Position numbers and translations under genes: made by a program | Origin: Deltaproteobacteria bacterium | GTDB lineage: Bacteria; Myxococcota; Kuafuiibacteriia; Kuafuiibacteriales; Kuafuiibacteriaceae | Assembly: GCA_040218735.1 (NCBI GenBank) | Contig: JAVJQW010000067.1 | Coordinates: 96,001 to 160,000 of the forward strand | Direction: 5' to 3' | Length of the DNA: 64,000 bases | Notes under the pieces: generated by a model | The model's input: only the letters and a program-made list of their open reading frames with translations | Told to the model about the DNA's origin: nothing | The model's database searches: none | In this document: in pieces, positions 28,988 to 38,356 of the stretch | How the letters are laid out: every line of letters starts with the position of its first letter | How positions within the stretch are numbered: the stretch's first letter is position 1

Positions 28988-30676
28988 ATGCGGACGGCGA
29001 GCATCACCGCGCTGGCCCTGTGGGTCGGCGCGTGCGGGAGCCCGGTGCTCGACCTCGGGCAGTCCCGGCACGACGGCGGCGCGCCCGTCGTGCGCGACGC
29101 CGGCGGGGAGACGCTCGACGGCGGCGCGAACCCCCGCGACGCGGGTCGCCTCGATGGCCCGAAACCCGACCTCGTCGTCGCCGCGCTGTCGGCGCCCCCC
29201 GCGACCCACGTGCCGGGGGAGGCGTTGTCCGTCACCGTCGACGTCGAAAACCGCGGCGAGCGCAGCGCACCCGAGACCGTGGTCGAGGTGCGCCTCGAGC
29301 GCATCGACGGGTCGTCCCGCGGCGTTCGGTTCTTCCAGATCGGGCTCATCTCGTTCGGCGCGATCGCGCGCGGCGACCGCGAGACCCGCACCCGCATCCT
29401 CCCGGCGCCGCCGTCGTTGGAGACCGCGCGGTACCGACTGGTCGTGGAGGTCGACCCCGACGAACGCATCGACGAGTCCGACGAGTCGAACAACCTCCTC
29501 GACGGCCCGGTGTTCACCGTCAGCCACGTCGTGGTGACGCCGACCCTCGACTTCGGCACCGTGGGGCTCGGCTGCACGGCGGAGCTGTCGGCGCGGGTGG
29601 AGAACCGCGGCACGACGCGCGTCGTCGTCGCCCCCTCCGTGCTCGACCCCGCCGGCGACGTCGCCTTCCAGCTCGACGCCCCAACGAGCCCGCGTGCGCT
29701 CTCGCCCGGGAATGGCTTCGACATCACCCTCACCTTCGCGCCGGACGCGATCGACGCGTTCACGAGCCAGCTCTTCCTCCGCCACTCGCAGCTCGCGGGG
29801 GACACGCCGCTCCCGATCCGGGGCATGGGCGACATCGAGCCGCTCCGCGAGGAGCGCTTCGCTCAGCGCGCGGCGCCGCTCGTGGACTTCCTGTTCGTCG
29901 TCGACGACTCCCCCGACATGACCGCGCTGCGCGACCGCCTCGTCGCCGCAGCGGGGCCGCTGTTCGAGCACCTCGCGGCGAGCGGCGTCGACTACCACGT
30001 CGCGATCACGACGACCGACGTGTCCGTCGACGGACCGCGCGGCGCCTTCGTCGGCGATCCGAAGGTCATCACCCCCGCGACCCCCAACGGCGCGCGGGTC
30101 TTCGAGACGAGCGTCGTCGAGACGGAAGCGAAGGTCCCTTCGTCGGGCGGCCTCGCCGCGTCGCGCCTCGCGCTGAGCCCCGAGAACCTGGACGGCGTGA
30201 ACGTGGGTTTTCTGCGCGAGGACGCTTCACTCGCGGTGATCTACGTTTCGAACGAGGACGACACGTCGGGGGACGACGTCGCCAACTTCATCGCGGACTT
30301 CCGCGCCTTGAAGGCACCCGACGGCGAGCAGCGCTTCGTCGCCCACGCGATCGTGGGGCCGCCCAACGGGTGCGTCGTGGAGGGCGCGCGCTACGCAAAC
30401 GTCGCGCGCACTACGGGCGGGTTCGTCGATGCGATCTGTGTGTCGGACTGGACGGGGATCGTCACGCAGTACCCGGGGGCGGGCTTCGGCTTCGCGGTTC
30501 GCTTCGACCTCTCCCGCGCGCCGGTGCCAGGGACGGTGGAGGTCGAGGTCGACGGGACGACATTGCCGTCCAACGCCTGGCGCTTCGTCCCGAACCCACC
30601 GGCGGTGGTGTTCGAAGGGTCGGCGGTGCCGGAGCCGGGGGTCGAGGTCGTGGTGAAGTACCGAACGCCGTGTTAG
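28988..30676 (+). CDS. Surface lipoprotein with CARDB, Ig-like (choice-of-anchor D-like) and vWA domains
   Basis: LWVGA-C lipobox; PDLVV..V.N.G..VDPD.RIDESDESNN; LDFGTV..VENRG; VDFLFVVDDS vWA strand. Confidence 0.85.
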   Translation: MRTASITALALWVGACGSPVLDLGQSRHDGGAPVVRDAGGETLDGGANPRDAGRLDGPKPDLVVAALSAPPATHVPGEALSVTVDVENRGERSAPETVVEVRLERIDGSSRGVRFFQIGLISFGAIARGDRETRTRILPAPPSLETARYRLVVEVDPDERIDESDESNNLLDGPVFTVSHVVVTPTLDFGTVGLGCTAELSARVENRGTTRVVVAPSVLDPAGDVAFQLDAPTSPRALSPGNGFDITLTFAPDAIDAFTSQLFLRHSQLAGDTPLPIRGMGDIEPLREERFAQRAAPLVDFLFVVDDSPDMTALRDRLVAAAGPLFEHLAASGVDYHVAITTTDVSVDGPRGAFVGDPKVITPATPNGARVFETSVVETEAKVPSSGGLAASRLALSPENLDGVNVGFLREDASLAVIYVSNEDDTSGDDVANFIADFRALKAPDGEQRFVAHAIVGPPNGCVVEGARYANVARTTGGFVDAICVSDWTGIVTQYPGAGFGFAVRFDLSRAPVPGTVEVEVDGTTLPSNAWRFVPNPPAVVFEGSAVPEPGVEVVVKYRTPC

Positions 30677-30689
30677 CGGCGCCGCGATC

Positions 30690-31319
30690 TCATTCGCAGG
30701 CGGCGTCGATGCGCGCGAGGTGGACGGAGCGCGGCGCGAGGGCGCGGAGCGTCTCGGCCACCGTCTTCGCTTCGTCCTTGCGGTCGAGCCCGCACAGCGC
30801 GAGCGCGCGGGCGGCGAGCGCCTCTTCGCGGAGCATCCCCTGCGGGAACCGCGCGTCGTAGGCATCGACGTGGGTGAGCACCGCGGCGTGGTCGCCGTCG
30901 CGGAGCGCGACGCGAACCTGTGCGAGCAGGCCGGCCTGCTCGGCGAGGGTGCTGACGTCGACGTCGGCGGGCGCATCCGCGGTGTCCGCCGCGGCCCCCT
31001 GCGCCACCGGCGCCGTCGCAGCGGGCGGAGTCACCGGGTCCTGCTCGGGGGTCGCCGAGCGGGTCGTGTAGAGCGCGGTCGCGAGGCCGGCGGTCACGAG
31101 GACGGCCGCGCCGATCTTGAGCGCGAGGCCGGAGCCGGTCGCCGTGGCGGCCGCGCTGGCCGGGGCGGAGGCGGAGGAAGCGGCCTCGGCCGTCGCCGGG
31201 AGGGCGGCGATGCTCGCCGCCACGAGCAGCTTCACGCGGGCCTTGTCGGCCGGGGACGGGTCGTGCGCATCGCGCGCAGCGTCGAGGAGCGCCAGGGCGT
31301 CGGGTCCGAGCTGATTCAT
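30690..31319 (-). CDS. Putative anti-sigma factor (TM plus C-terminal TPR-like region)
   Basis: Coupled to the ECF sigma by an ATGA overlap; LLDAAR..P...K.RV N-terminus, TM helix, RFPQGMLREE motif. Confidence 0.75.
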   Translation of the reverse strand: MNQLGPDALALLDAARDAHDPSPADKARVKLLVAASIAALPATAEAASSASAPASAAATATGSGLALKIGAAVLVTAGLATALYTTRSATPEQDPVTPPAATAPVAQGAAADTADAPADVDVSTLAEQAGLLAQVRVALRDGDHAAVLTHVDAYDARFPQGMLREEALAARALALCGLDRKDEAKTVAETLRALAPRSVHLARIDAACE

Positions 31320-31951
31320 GACAGCCGCTCCTCCTTGGCCTTCTGTCGCTGCACCGCAGCTTCGAAGGCGGTCCGTGCGGCGCGTAGCCGCGAGTACACC
31401 GTGTTGACCTTGACCCCGATCGCCTCCGCGATCTCGGGCGCGGTCATCTGTTCGAGCTCGGAGAGGACGAACACGGCGCGTTTGTCCTCGTCGAGCTCAC
31501 CGAGGAGCCGGTCCAACATGCGCCGTGCTTCGTTCTGCGACGCCGCGGCCTCCGGCCCCTTCTGATCCACATCGGCCATCTGCGGCGGAAGTGGATCCAA
31601 TCCGCCCTTTCGAGCCAGCCCGCGTCGATGCGTTCGCGCGACGCGCAGCGCGATCCCGAAGAGCCACGTTTTCACACTGGAGCGCCCCTCGAAATCCGCC
31701 AAGCGACGGTACACGACCAGGAAGACCTCCTGGACCACGTCGTCCATCGCGTCGTCGTCGATGCCGAGTCTGCGGACGCTGCGCCATACGAACTCGAAGT
31801 GCTCCTCGTACACTCCTTCGAACGTCAGCGCGGTCGCCGCGTCAGAAGAAGAACTGGGGGCCGCCACCGTCACTGTCGATACCCTCGAACCCCCCCGGCC
31901 CGCACGCATAGCCGGAGCTGGACCGAGCGCACCCAGGACGGTGGTCGACAT
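31316..31951 (-). CDS. ECF RNA polymerase sigma factor
   Basis: FVWRSVRRLG, DVVQEVF, FEGRSSVKTWLFGIA (region 2); EIAEAIG..TVYSRLRAAR (region 4). Start could be 31909. Confidence 0.93.
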   Translation of the reverse strand: MSTTVLGALGPAPAMRAGRGGSRVSTVTVAAPSSSSDAATALTFEGVYEEHFEFVWRSVRRLGIDDDAMDDVVQEVFLVVYRRLADFEGRSSVKTWLFGIALRVARTHRRGLARKGGLDPLPPQMADVDQKGPEAAASQNEARRMLDRLLGELDEDKRAVFVLSELEQMTAPEIAEAIGVKVNTVYSRLRAARTAFEAAVQRQKAKEERLS

Positions 31952-31979
31952 CCCGGACAGTGAGTGACCGGGGCCCGAT

Positions 31980-33566
31980 TCATCCGTCACCAAAAAACAC
32001 TTCGATGCCGAATGCGCCCGACACCCCCACCGCCGGCGGGGAAAATACGCGCGCGTCGTCGATCCGAACCTCGGGGCGGCGGGCGAGCGCGAGCACCCGA
32101 AAGCGGGCCGTGAGCCACACGTCCGCGAAGATCCGGGCGCGGGGCCCGACCTCTGCGAAGTAGGCGCCGTAGAAGGCCCGCTGCGGGTCCTCGTTCGTGG
32201 TGCCGAACGCGCGGGCGGTCATCCGTGCCCCTTCGCCGCCGGCGCAGAGCGCGAGCGACAACCGTCGGGGCCGCAACCCCACCGCCCCGAGCGTACCGAG
32301 CGGTGCGTCGTAGCAGAGCGCGGCGTGCAGCCCGGTCGCGCTGACGTCGGCGCTCCCGACCGGCGGCACGCGGATCGTCTGCGTCGCGCGGAGATCGACG
32401 CCGACCTCCAGCGTGAAGCGCCCGAGCGCCAGCCCCGCCCCGAGCTGGAGGCGCGCGCCAGAGGTCGGGAGCATGCCGGTCTCCCAGGCCCACTGCGCCG
32501 CGACGTGCAACCCGAGCCGCGTGGGCGCGGTAGGCGGCGTGGTCTCCACGCCGGGCCGGACCACGGCCCTCCCGGTACCGGTACCGGGCCGGGTCCCGGA
32601 ACCGGACGCGGTCGGCGAGTCGGGACCCGTCGCGGGACCGGAATCGGATTCGGGCCCGGACGTCGGGGCAGAGCCCGTCGCGGAGGCGAGCGCGCCGCTC
32701 GCCTCGGAACGGGGCTCCGACCCGGAGGCGGACTCGGCGCGAGGCGCGGACCGGGCGCCGGGGCGTGGGCTCGCCTCGGACGCGGGAGCGGAGCCGGCCC
32801 GGCGGGCCGGGCCGGACGGGGACGCGGTGCCGGTGCCGGACTCGGATGGGGACCCGGAATCGGATGCGGACCCGGATGCGGAGCCGGAATCGGAATCGGA
32901 GCCGGACTCGGGTGCGGAGCCGGACTCGGATGCAGACCCGGACTCGGATGCGGACCCCGACTCGGATCTCCCGCCGGGCGCGGACTTCGCGCCGCCGCCG
33001 GATCCCGCCTCACCCTTGGACGGAGCGCCCGCCTTACGCTTCGCGCCGGCGCTCCGCTTGGGCGATGACTCGCCGCCGGGCTTCGGCTTCGCCGACCGCT
33101 TCTTCGCTGCCTTGGGCGCGGCCTTCTTCTTCGGGGCAGACGCCGATCCCGAGTCCGATCCCGAATCCGAATCCGAATCCGAATCCGATCCCGAATCCGA
33201 TCCCGAGTCCGATCCCCCGCCCGCCTTCGGCGCGTCCTTCGCCGCGGTGTCCACGGCGAGCGCCAGGATCACCGCCACCGCCTCCGCCACCGCGTCACAC
33301 TTCGGGTCCTCCAAGCGCCGCGTCGTCTCGCCTCCCGCCGTCGCGACGATCAGATCCGCGCGCCACTTCGAGCCCTCCGTCCGCGCCACGCGCACGTGCG
33401 CGCGCAGGCGGGTCTCGGCCTTTGCGTCGAGCGGTCGTCCGATGAGCTCGCCGATGCGCGCGACGACGCGGTCGCGCGGCGGGCAGGCGTCGGCCGGCGC
33501 GGTCCACGTAAGATCGACCTCCCCGGGCGCGCCGACGAGCGCGAGCAACAGCGCCGCCCCGATCAC
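31980..33566 (-). CDS. Secreted/outer-membrane protein of the ECF cassette with long Ser/Asp/Gly linker and probable C-terminal beta-barrel
   Basis: Signal peptide; W.AP..CP and C..VAEAVAVILALAVD; alternating beta-strands ending FGIEVFF. Confidence 0.75.
   Translation of the reverse strand: MIGAALLLALVGAPGEVDLTWTAPADACPPRDRVVARIGELIGRPLDAKAETRLRAHVRVARTEGSKWRADLIVATAGGETTRRLEDPKCDAVAEAVAVILALAVDTAAKDAPKAGGGSDSGSDSGSDSDSDSDSGSDSGSASAPKKKAAPKAAKKRSAKPKPGGESSPKRSAGAKRKAGAPSKGEAGSGGGAKSAPGGRSESGSASESGSASESGSAPESGSDSDSGSASGSASDSGSPSESGTGTASPSGPARRAGSAPASEASPRPGARSAPRAESASGSEPRSEASGALASATGSAPTSGPESDSGPATGPDSPTASGSGTRPGTGTGRAVVRPGVETTPPTAPTRLGLHVAAQWAWETGMLPTSGARLQLGAGLALGRFTLEVGVDLRATQTIRVPPVGSADVSATGLHAALCYDAPLGTLGAVGLRPRRLSLALCAGGEGARMTARAFGTTNEDPQRAFYGAYFAEVGPRARIFADVWLTARFRVLALARRPEVRIDDARVFSPPAVGVSGAFGIEVFFGDG
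32820..33215 (-). repeat. Low-complexity coding repeats (SD/SDSG and SESGSA)
   Basis: Runs of gaatcc/gatccc/gactcg units with 6-18 nt period. Confidence 0.8.
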
Positions 33567-34312
33567 GGCGCCTCCAGATCGAACGCGAGCACGCCCTCCA
33601 CCCGCCGCGCCACCACGCCGAAGACCTCGCGGACGTTTTCGTCGGTGATCGTCTCGGTCGGGGTGCCCGCCGCGTGGACGCGTCCGCGGTTCAGCATCAC
33701 CACACCATCCGCGAAACGGTCGGCGAGGGAAAGGTCATGGAGCGCCGCGAGCACCGTGACGCCCTGATTCTTCACGAAACTCAGGATCTCCAACCGGTGA
33801 CGCACGTCGAGGTGGTTCGTCGGCTCGTCGAGGAGCAACACCCGCGGCCGCTGCGCGATCGCCCGCGCGAGCAGGACCCGCTGCTTCTCACCGCCCGACA
33901 ACGTCGCGAAGCTGCGGTCCGCGAGCTCGGTGGTGTCGGTCTCGGCGAGGGCCGCCGCGACGATCGCCTCGTCCTCGGGCCCGTCCGAGTCGAGCATCCG
34001 TTTGTACGGGCTGCGCCCCATCATCACGAGCTCCCGCACCAGGAAGTCGAACTCGGGCGCCCCCTCCTGCCGGAGCACCGCCACCGTCTGGGCGAGCGCG
34101 CGCCGGTCGTAGGATTCGAGCGGGCGATCGTCGATCCGCACCGTCCCCGCGCGCCGCGCGATCGCGCCGTAGAGCGTTCGGATCAACGTCGTCTTGCCGC
34201 TCCCGTTCGGCCCCACCACGGCGACGAACGCCCCTTCGGGCACCTCGAGCGAGACGCCGTCGAGGACGTCGCGATCCCCGAGGCGAACGACGAGCCCATC
34301 GACCGTGATCAT
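33563..34312 (-). CDS. Iron-siderophore/cobalamin ABC transporter ATP-binding protein
   Basis: GPNGSGKT, LSGGEKQR, LLLDEPTNHLD, LHDL. Confidence 0.93.
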   Translation of the reverse strand: MITVDGLVVRLGDRDVLDGVSLEVPEGAFVAVVGPNGSGKTTLIRTLYGAIARRAGTVRIDDRPLESYDRRALAQTVAVLRQEGAPEFDFLVRELVMMGRSPYKRMLDSDGPEDEAIVAAALAETDTTELADRSFATLSGGEKQRVLLARAIAQRPRVLLLDEPTNHLDVRHRLEILSFVKNQGVTVLAALHDLSLADRFADGVVMLNRGRVHAAGTPTETITDENVREVFGVVARRVEGVLAFDLEAP

Positions 34313-35337
34313 CGCAGGTCCCCCGACGCTCGCTTCAGTAGAAGCAGGAAGAACGGCGCCCCGAGCAGCCCGGTCAGGATGCCGACCGGGAGCTCCTCCG
34401 GCGCGAGCACGCTCCGCGCGATCCCGTCCATCACCACGAGCAACCAACCGCCGTACAGCGCCGCCGCGACGAGCAACCGCCGGTGGTCCGGCCCGGTGAA
34501 CGGTCGAAGCGCGTGCGGGACGATCAACCCCACGAACCCGATCGCCCCCGCGAACGCCACCAGCGCTCCGGTCGCGAGCGCGGCCCACGCGATGAGCCAC
34601 TGGCGCGCGCGCGCGGCGTCGAGGCCGAGCGCCAACGCGCTGTCGTCGCCGAGCAGCAGCAGCGTCTGCCAGCGTGCCCCCGCGAGCAGCACGACCGTCG
34701 CTGGGCCGACGACCGCCGCGAGCAACGTCAGCCCCGCCCAGTCCGCGCCCGACAGCCCGCCGAGGAGCCAGAAGATCACGCCGCGCACCGCCGTCGCCTC
34801 CGGCACGAGGTAGAGCAGGAAACTCGTCACCGCCTGCGCGAACGACGACAGCGCGACGCCCGCGAGGATCAGCCGCACCGGCGGCACCCGACCATCGACC
34901 ACCGCGACGCGGTACACCACCACGACGCTCACCACCGCGCCGACGAACGCGAGCATCGACGTCCCGATCCCGCCCAGCGCGAACCCGAGGAGCACCGAGG
35001 ACGCCGCACCGACAGAGGCCCCCGACGAGATACCCAGGATGTACGGCTCCGCGAGCGGGTTCTTCATCACGGCCTGGAGCGTGGCTCCGACGATCGCCAG
35101 CGCCCCGCCGACCAACGCCGCGCCCAGCACCCGCGGCAAACGCAGCTGCACCACGATCTGCGTCGTGACCGGATCCCCGCGCCCCAACAGCGCGTCGATC
35201 GTCGCCGCCGTGTCGATCGACGCCGACCCCAGCCGCAACCCCACCACCACGGACACCACCAGCCCGACGGCGCCGACGACCAGTAACGCCACGTACGAAG
35301 CACCGAAGAGGCGGAGCGTGCGATTCGAGTCCGGCAC
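34309..35337 (-). CDS. FecCD/BtuC family ABC permease
   Basis: LRLPRV, QAVMKNPLAEPYILGISSGA, GAIGFVGLIVPH, ELPVGILT.LLGAPFF. Confidence 0.93.
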   Translation of the reverse strand: MPDSNRTLRLFGASYVALLVVGAVGLVVSVVVGLRLGSASIDTAATIDALLGRGDPVTTQIVVQLRLPRVLGAALVGGALAIVGATLQAVMKNPLAEPYILGISSGASVGAASSVLLGFALGGIGTSMLAFVGAVVSVVVVYRVAVVDGRVPPVRLILAGVALSSFAQAVTSFLLYLVPEATAVRGVIFWLLGGLSGADWAGLTLLAAVVGPATVVLLAGARWQTLLLLGDDSALALGLDAARARQWLIAWAALATGALVAFAGAIGFVGLIVPHALRPFTGPDHRRLLVAAALYGGWLLVVMDGIARSVLAPEELPVGILTGLLGAPFFLLLLKRASGDLR

Positions 35338-35379
35338 TGCGCCGCGCCACCCTACCCGAAAATTGGTAAGGTCCGCGCG

Positions 35380-36540
35380 ATGATCGAGAACCCCGCGGGC
35401 GTGGTCGCCGTCCTGGCCGGAATCGCGACCCTGTTCTTCACGCTCGAGAAGCGGTTTCGCTGGAAGCTGTTCACGGTCTTCCCGCCCCTCCTGTTCATCT
35501 ACGCGATCCCCGTCATCACCACGAACCTCGGCCTCACGCCGGCCAAGAACCCCGCGTACGACGCCCTGAAGCTCTACGCCCTCCCCGCCTTCCTGGTGCT
35601 GATGTTGATCGACATCGACGTGAAGTCCGCCGTGCGCGTCATGGGCAAGGGCGTCATCGTCATGTTGATCGCGAGCGTCGGCGTGGTCGTCGGCGGCGTG
35701 GTCGCCTACGCCGCCGTCCACCGCTACATGGAGCCCGAAGCCTGGCGGACCTTCGGCACCCTCGCCGGCTCCTGGATCGGCGGGACCGGCAACATGGCCG
35801 CCGTCGCCGGCGCGCTGAAGGTCGACGAACAGGGCGCGGGCTTCGGCCTCGCCGTCCTCGCCGACAACCTCGTCTACGTGGTGTGGCTCCCGATCCTCCT
35901 CGGCTCGAAGGCCTACGCCAAAGCCTTCGCGCGTTTCACGAAGGTCGACCCCGAACGTGTCGCGCAGATGGAGAAGGCCGCCGCCGAGATCGAGACGAAG
36001 TCGTCCGACGTGAAGATGCTCGACCTCCTCACGCTGACCTTCATCGCCGCCGCGTGTGTCTGGATCGCCGGCGCCGTCTCCGAGGTGCTGCCGCCGCTGG
36101 AGCCTGTCGTGTCGCGCGGGACCTGGAAGGTCCTCCTCGTCACCACGCTCGGCATCGGGCTGTCGTTCACCCCGGTGCGCCGCATCCCAGGGACCCACGC
36201 CATCGCGATGGCGATCGTCTACGTCTTCGTCGCGGGCATGGGCGCACGCTCGTCGATCGACAACCTCGGCGACGCCCCCGCGTTCCTCGCCGGCGCGTAC
36301 CTGTGGATCTTCATCCACGGCGCGTTCTGCCTGGTCGCCGCGCGGATCTTCCGCGTCGACGTCGCGACCGCCGCGATCGCCTCCGCGGCGAACATCGGCG
36401 GCGCCGCGTCCGCACCGATCGTCGCGGCGCACCACAACGAAGCGCTTGTCCCCGTCTCGATCCTCATGGCGCTGATCGGCTACGCGATCGGCAACTTCCT
36501 CGCCGTCGGCATGGCCCAGCTGTGCCTGATGATCACCTGA
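35380..36540 (+). CDS. DUF819 family membrane protein
   Basis: Many TM helices; GSWIGGTGNM, AS.ANIGGAASAP, LIGYAIGN. Confidence 0.85.
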   Translation: MIENPAGVVAVLAGIATLFFTLEKRFRWKLFTVFPPLLFIYAIPVITTNLGLTPAKNPAYDALKLYALPAFLVLMLIDIDVKSAVRVMGKGVIVMLIASVGVVVGGVVAYAAVHRYMEPEAWRTFGTLAGSWIGGTGNMAAVAGALKVDEQGAGFGLAVLADNLVYVVWLPILLGSKAYAKAFARFTKVDPERVAQMEKAAAEIETKSSDVKMLDLLTLTFIAAACVWIAGAVSEVLPPLEPVVSRGTWKVLLVTTLGIGLSFTPVRRIPGTHAIAMAIVYVFVAGMGARSSIDNLGDAPAFLAGAYLWIFIHGAFCLVAARIFRVDVATAAIASAANIGGAASAPIVAAHHNEALVPVSILMALIGYAIGNFLAVGMAQLCLMIT

Positions 36541-37579
36541 CGCCGAACACCACCGAGTCCGCGAGCGCCACGTACGACCACGTCGCGCCGGCCGGGATGT
36601 TCGCCGCCGACTCCGCGGGGACGATCCGGTCCGACTCCTCCCCGTCCTTCACGACGGTGAGCGCGATCTTCCCGCGCTCGACGAACAGATCGGCAGGCCC
36701 CTCCCCCCCGCTCGAGTCCCCGCGCGCGAGCACGTCGCGCGTCGCGGTGTAGCGCGACGTCCGCGCCCAGGTGTTGTCAGTGGGCTCCGACTCCGCCGCG
36801 ACGGGGGCCGGCGCCGGGCCTTCGAGCACCGCCCGCCAGGACGGCAGCGGTCCCTCCAGCATCTTGCCCAGCCGGTCGGCGCGCATCCCCGCGTTGGGCG
36901 CGAGGTGATCGTCTTGGCGGTGACGCACCGCCGTCGGCGCGACCCCGAGCGCCTCCGCTATCGACGTCCACAGCTCGTGCTCTCGCACCGGCGCCTCGTC
37001 CGCGGTCACGTGCACGACGCCCTTCGCCTTCGCGGCCAGCACCGCGCGGATCGACGTCGCGAGCGCGCCCACGGAGACCGGGCTCACGCGCCGCGAGGGC
37101 CCCGTCGACACCCCCGCCGCCAACGCCGAGCGCTCCACCGAGAGGTCGTCGCTCAGGAGCGGACCCACGCGCAGCACGACCGCGTGCGGCGCGGCGCGCA
37201 TCAGCAGCACCTCGCCCCGCCGCCGGCTCTCCGCCCACACCGAGCGCGGCGTGGGGTCGTCCGACTCGGCCCACGGACCGCCGCGTTGACCGAACAGCTC
37301 GGGCGTCGAGACCAGCACCGGGGTCGCGGAGAACTCCATCGTCGCGGCCGCGAGGCTGATCACCGCCTCGGAGTTCTCGAGGTACGCGCGGTTCTCGTCG
37401 CGCTCCGCGGCGGCGATGTCGTCCCAGAACCGCATCCACACCACGGCCGTCGGCTCGTGCTCCGCGACGACGCGACGCACGTCGCGCATCGACGTCGCGT
37501 CGAAGTCCGCCGCGTGTCGACCATCCAGCCGCCGGGCCAGCATCGCGGCCCGCGGGTCGCTCCCGAGGACGAGGATCAA
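36533..37579 (-). CDS. RmlD-like SDR-fold protein with degenerate catalytic motifs and a C-terminal cupin-like domain
   Basis: RmlD-like AE.D..AY.EN, LVST, P..E.D.P.P.S; TTGA overlap with the SPOR gene. Confidence 0.7.
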   Translation of the reverse strand: MILVLGSDPRAAMLARRLDGRHAADFDATSMRDVRRVVAEHEPTAVVWMRFWDDIAAAERDENRAYLENSEAVISLAAATMEFSATPVLVSTPELFGQRGGPWAESDDPTPRSVWAESRRRGEVLLMRAAPHAVVLRVGPLLSDDLSVERSALAAGVSTGPSRRVSPVSVGALATSIRAVLAAKAKGVVHVTADEAPVREHELWTSIAEALGVAPTAVRHRQDDHLAPNAGMRADRLGKMLEGPLPSWRAVLEGPAPAPVAAESEPTDNTWARTSRYTATRDVLARGDSSGGEGPADLFVERGKIALTVVKDGEESDRIVPAESAANIPAGATWSYVALADSVVFGVR

Positions 37580-38352
37580 CGGTACTTCACCACGATCGAC
37601 GTCGATCGCAGCTCGTCGGTCATGTTCCGGCGCGCGCGTCGCGCGATGCGTTTGCTGTCGAAGTGCCCGACGCGCACGCGGTGCCACGTGCCCTTGCCCT
37701 TCACCTCGGTCGCGATCACGTGCACGCGACGATCGCCGAGCGCCGCCCCGTGCTCCCGAATGAACGCGACCGCCTCTTCGCGCGACTCGAACGCGCCGAG
37801 CTGAAGGCCGAAGCCGTCGTCCGGGACGTCGTCGCGGATCTGCACGTCGGCCGGCGCCGCGTCGTCGCCGCGCGCCCGGGCGTCAGCCCCAGGCGCCGCG
37901 TCGTCGTCTCGCGCCGCTGCGTTCCCGCGTGCCGCGTCGTCGCCGCGCGCCGGTGCGTTCCCGCGCGCCGCGTCGTCGCCGCGCGCCGATGCGTTCCCGC
38001 GCGCCGCTGCGTCACCGCGCGCCGCCGCTTCGTCTCGCGCCGCCGTCGGCGCCGCGCCCTTCACCTCGGCCGGGTCCCGTTCTCCGCCGACGCGCGCCAG
38101 CTCCATCTTCGGCGCCGCAGGCGCGGCGCGTCGAGTCGGCTCGCGCTCCTCCGGCGCGTCCACGGCCGACACGGCCATCACGCCCGGCTTCGCGGTGTTC
38201 TGCCCGAGCAGCAGGCCCCCCGCGAACGCGGCGCCCACCAACACGAACACTCCGCCGACGAGGAGCCGGAAGCGCCCGCGCCCCATCGTGAACGCGACGA
38301 CGTCCGCGCGCGGGCGGCGACGCATCGAGGCCTCCTCCAGCGACGAAGTCAT
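37576..38352 (-). CDS. SPOR domain-containing protein (FtsN/DedD-like architecture)
   Basis: N-terminal TM helix, repeat linker, FGLQLGAFES..KGTWHRVRVG.F. Confidence 0.85.
   Translation of the reverse strand: MTSSLEEASMRRRPRADVVAFTMGRGRFRLLVGGVFVLVGAAFAGGLLLGQNTAKPGVMAVSAVDAPEEREPTRRAAPAAPKMELARVGGERDPAEVKGAAPTAARDEAAARGDAAARGNASARGDDAARGNAPARGDDAARGNAAARDDDAAPGADARARGDDAAPADVQIRDDVPDDGFGLQLGAFESREEAVAFIREHGAALGDRRVHVIATEVKGKGTWHRVRVGHFDSKRIARRARRNMTDELRSTSIVVKYR
37895..38038 (-). repeat. Four ~36-nt coding tandem repeats (ARGNAxARGDDA)
   Basis: Units start at 37895, 37931, 37967 and 38003 with no spacers. Confidence 0.85.
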
Positions 38353-38356
38353 CGCG

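Noticed and set aside
37895-38038. 36-nt repeats as a CRISPR array
   Set aside because: Contiguous, no unique spacers, in frame within the SPOR linker, and no cas genes.
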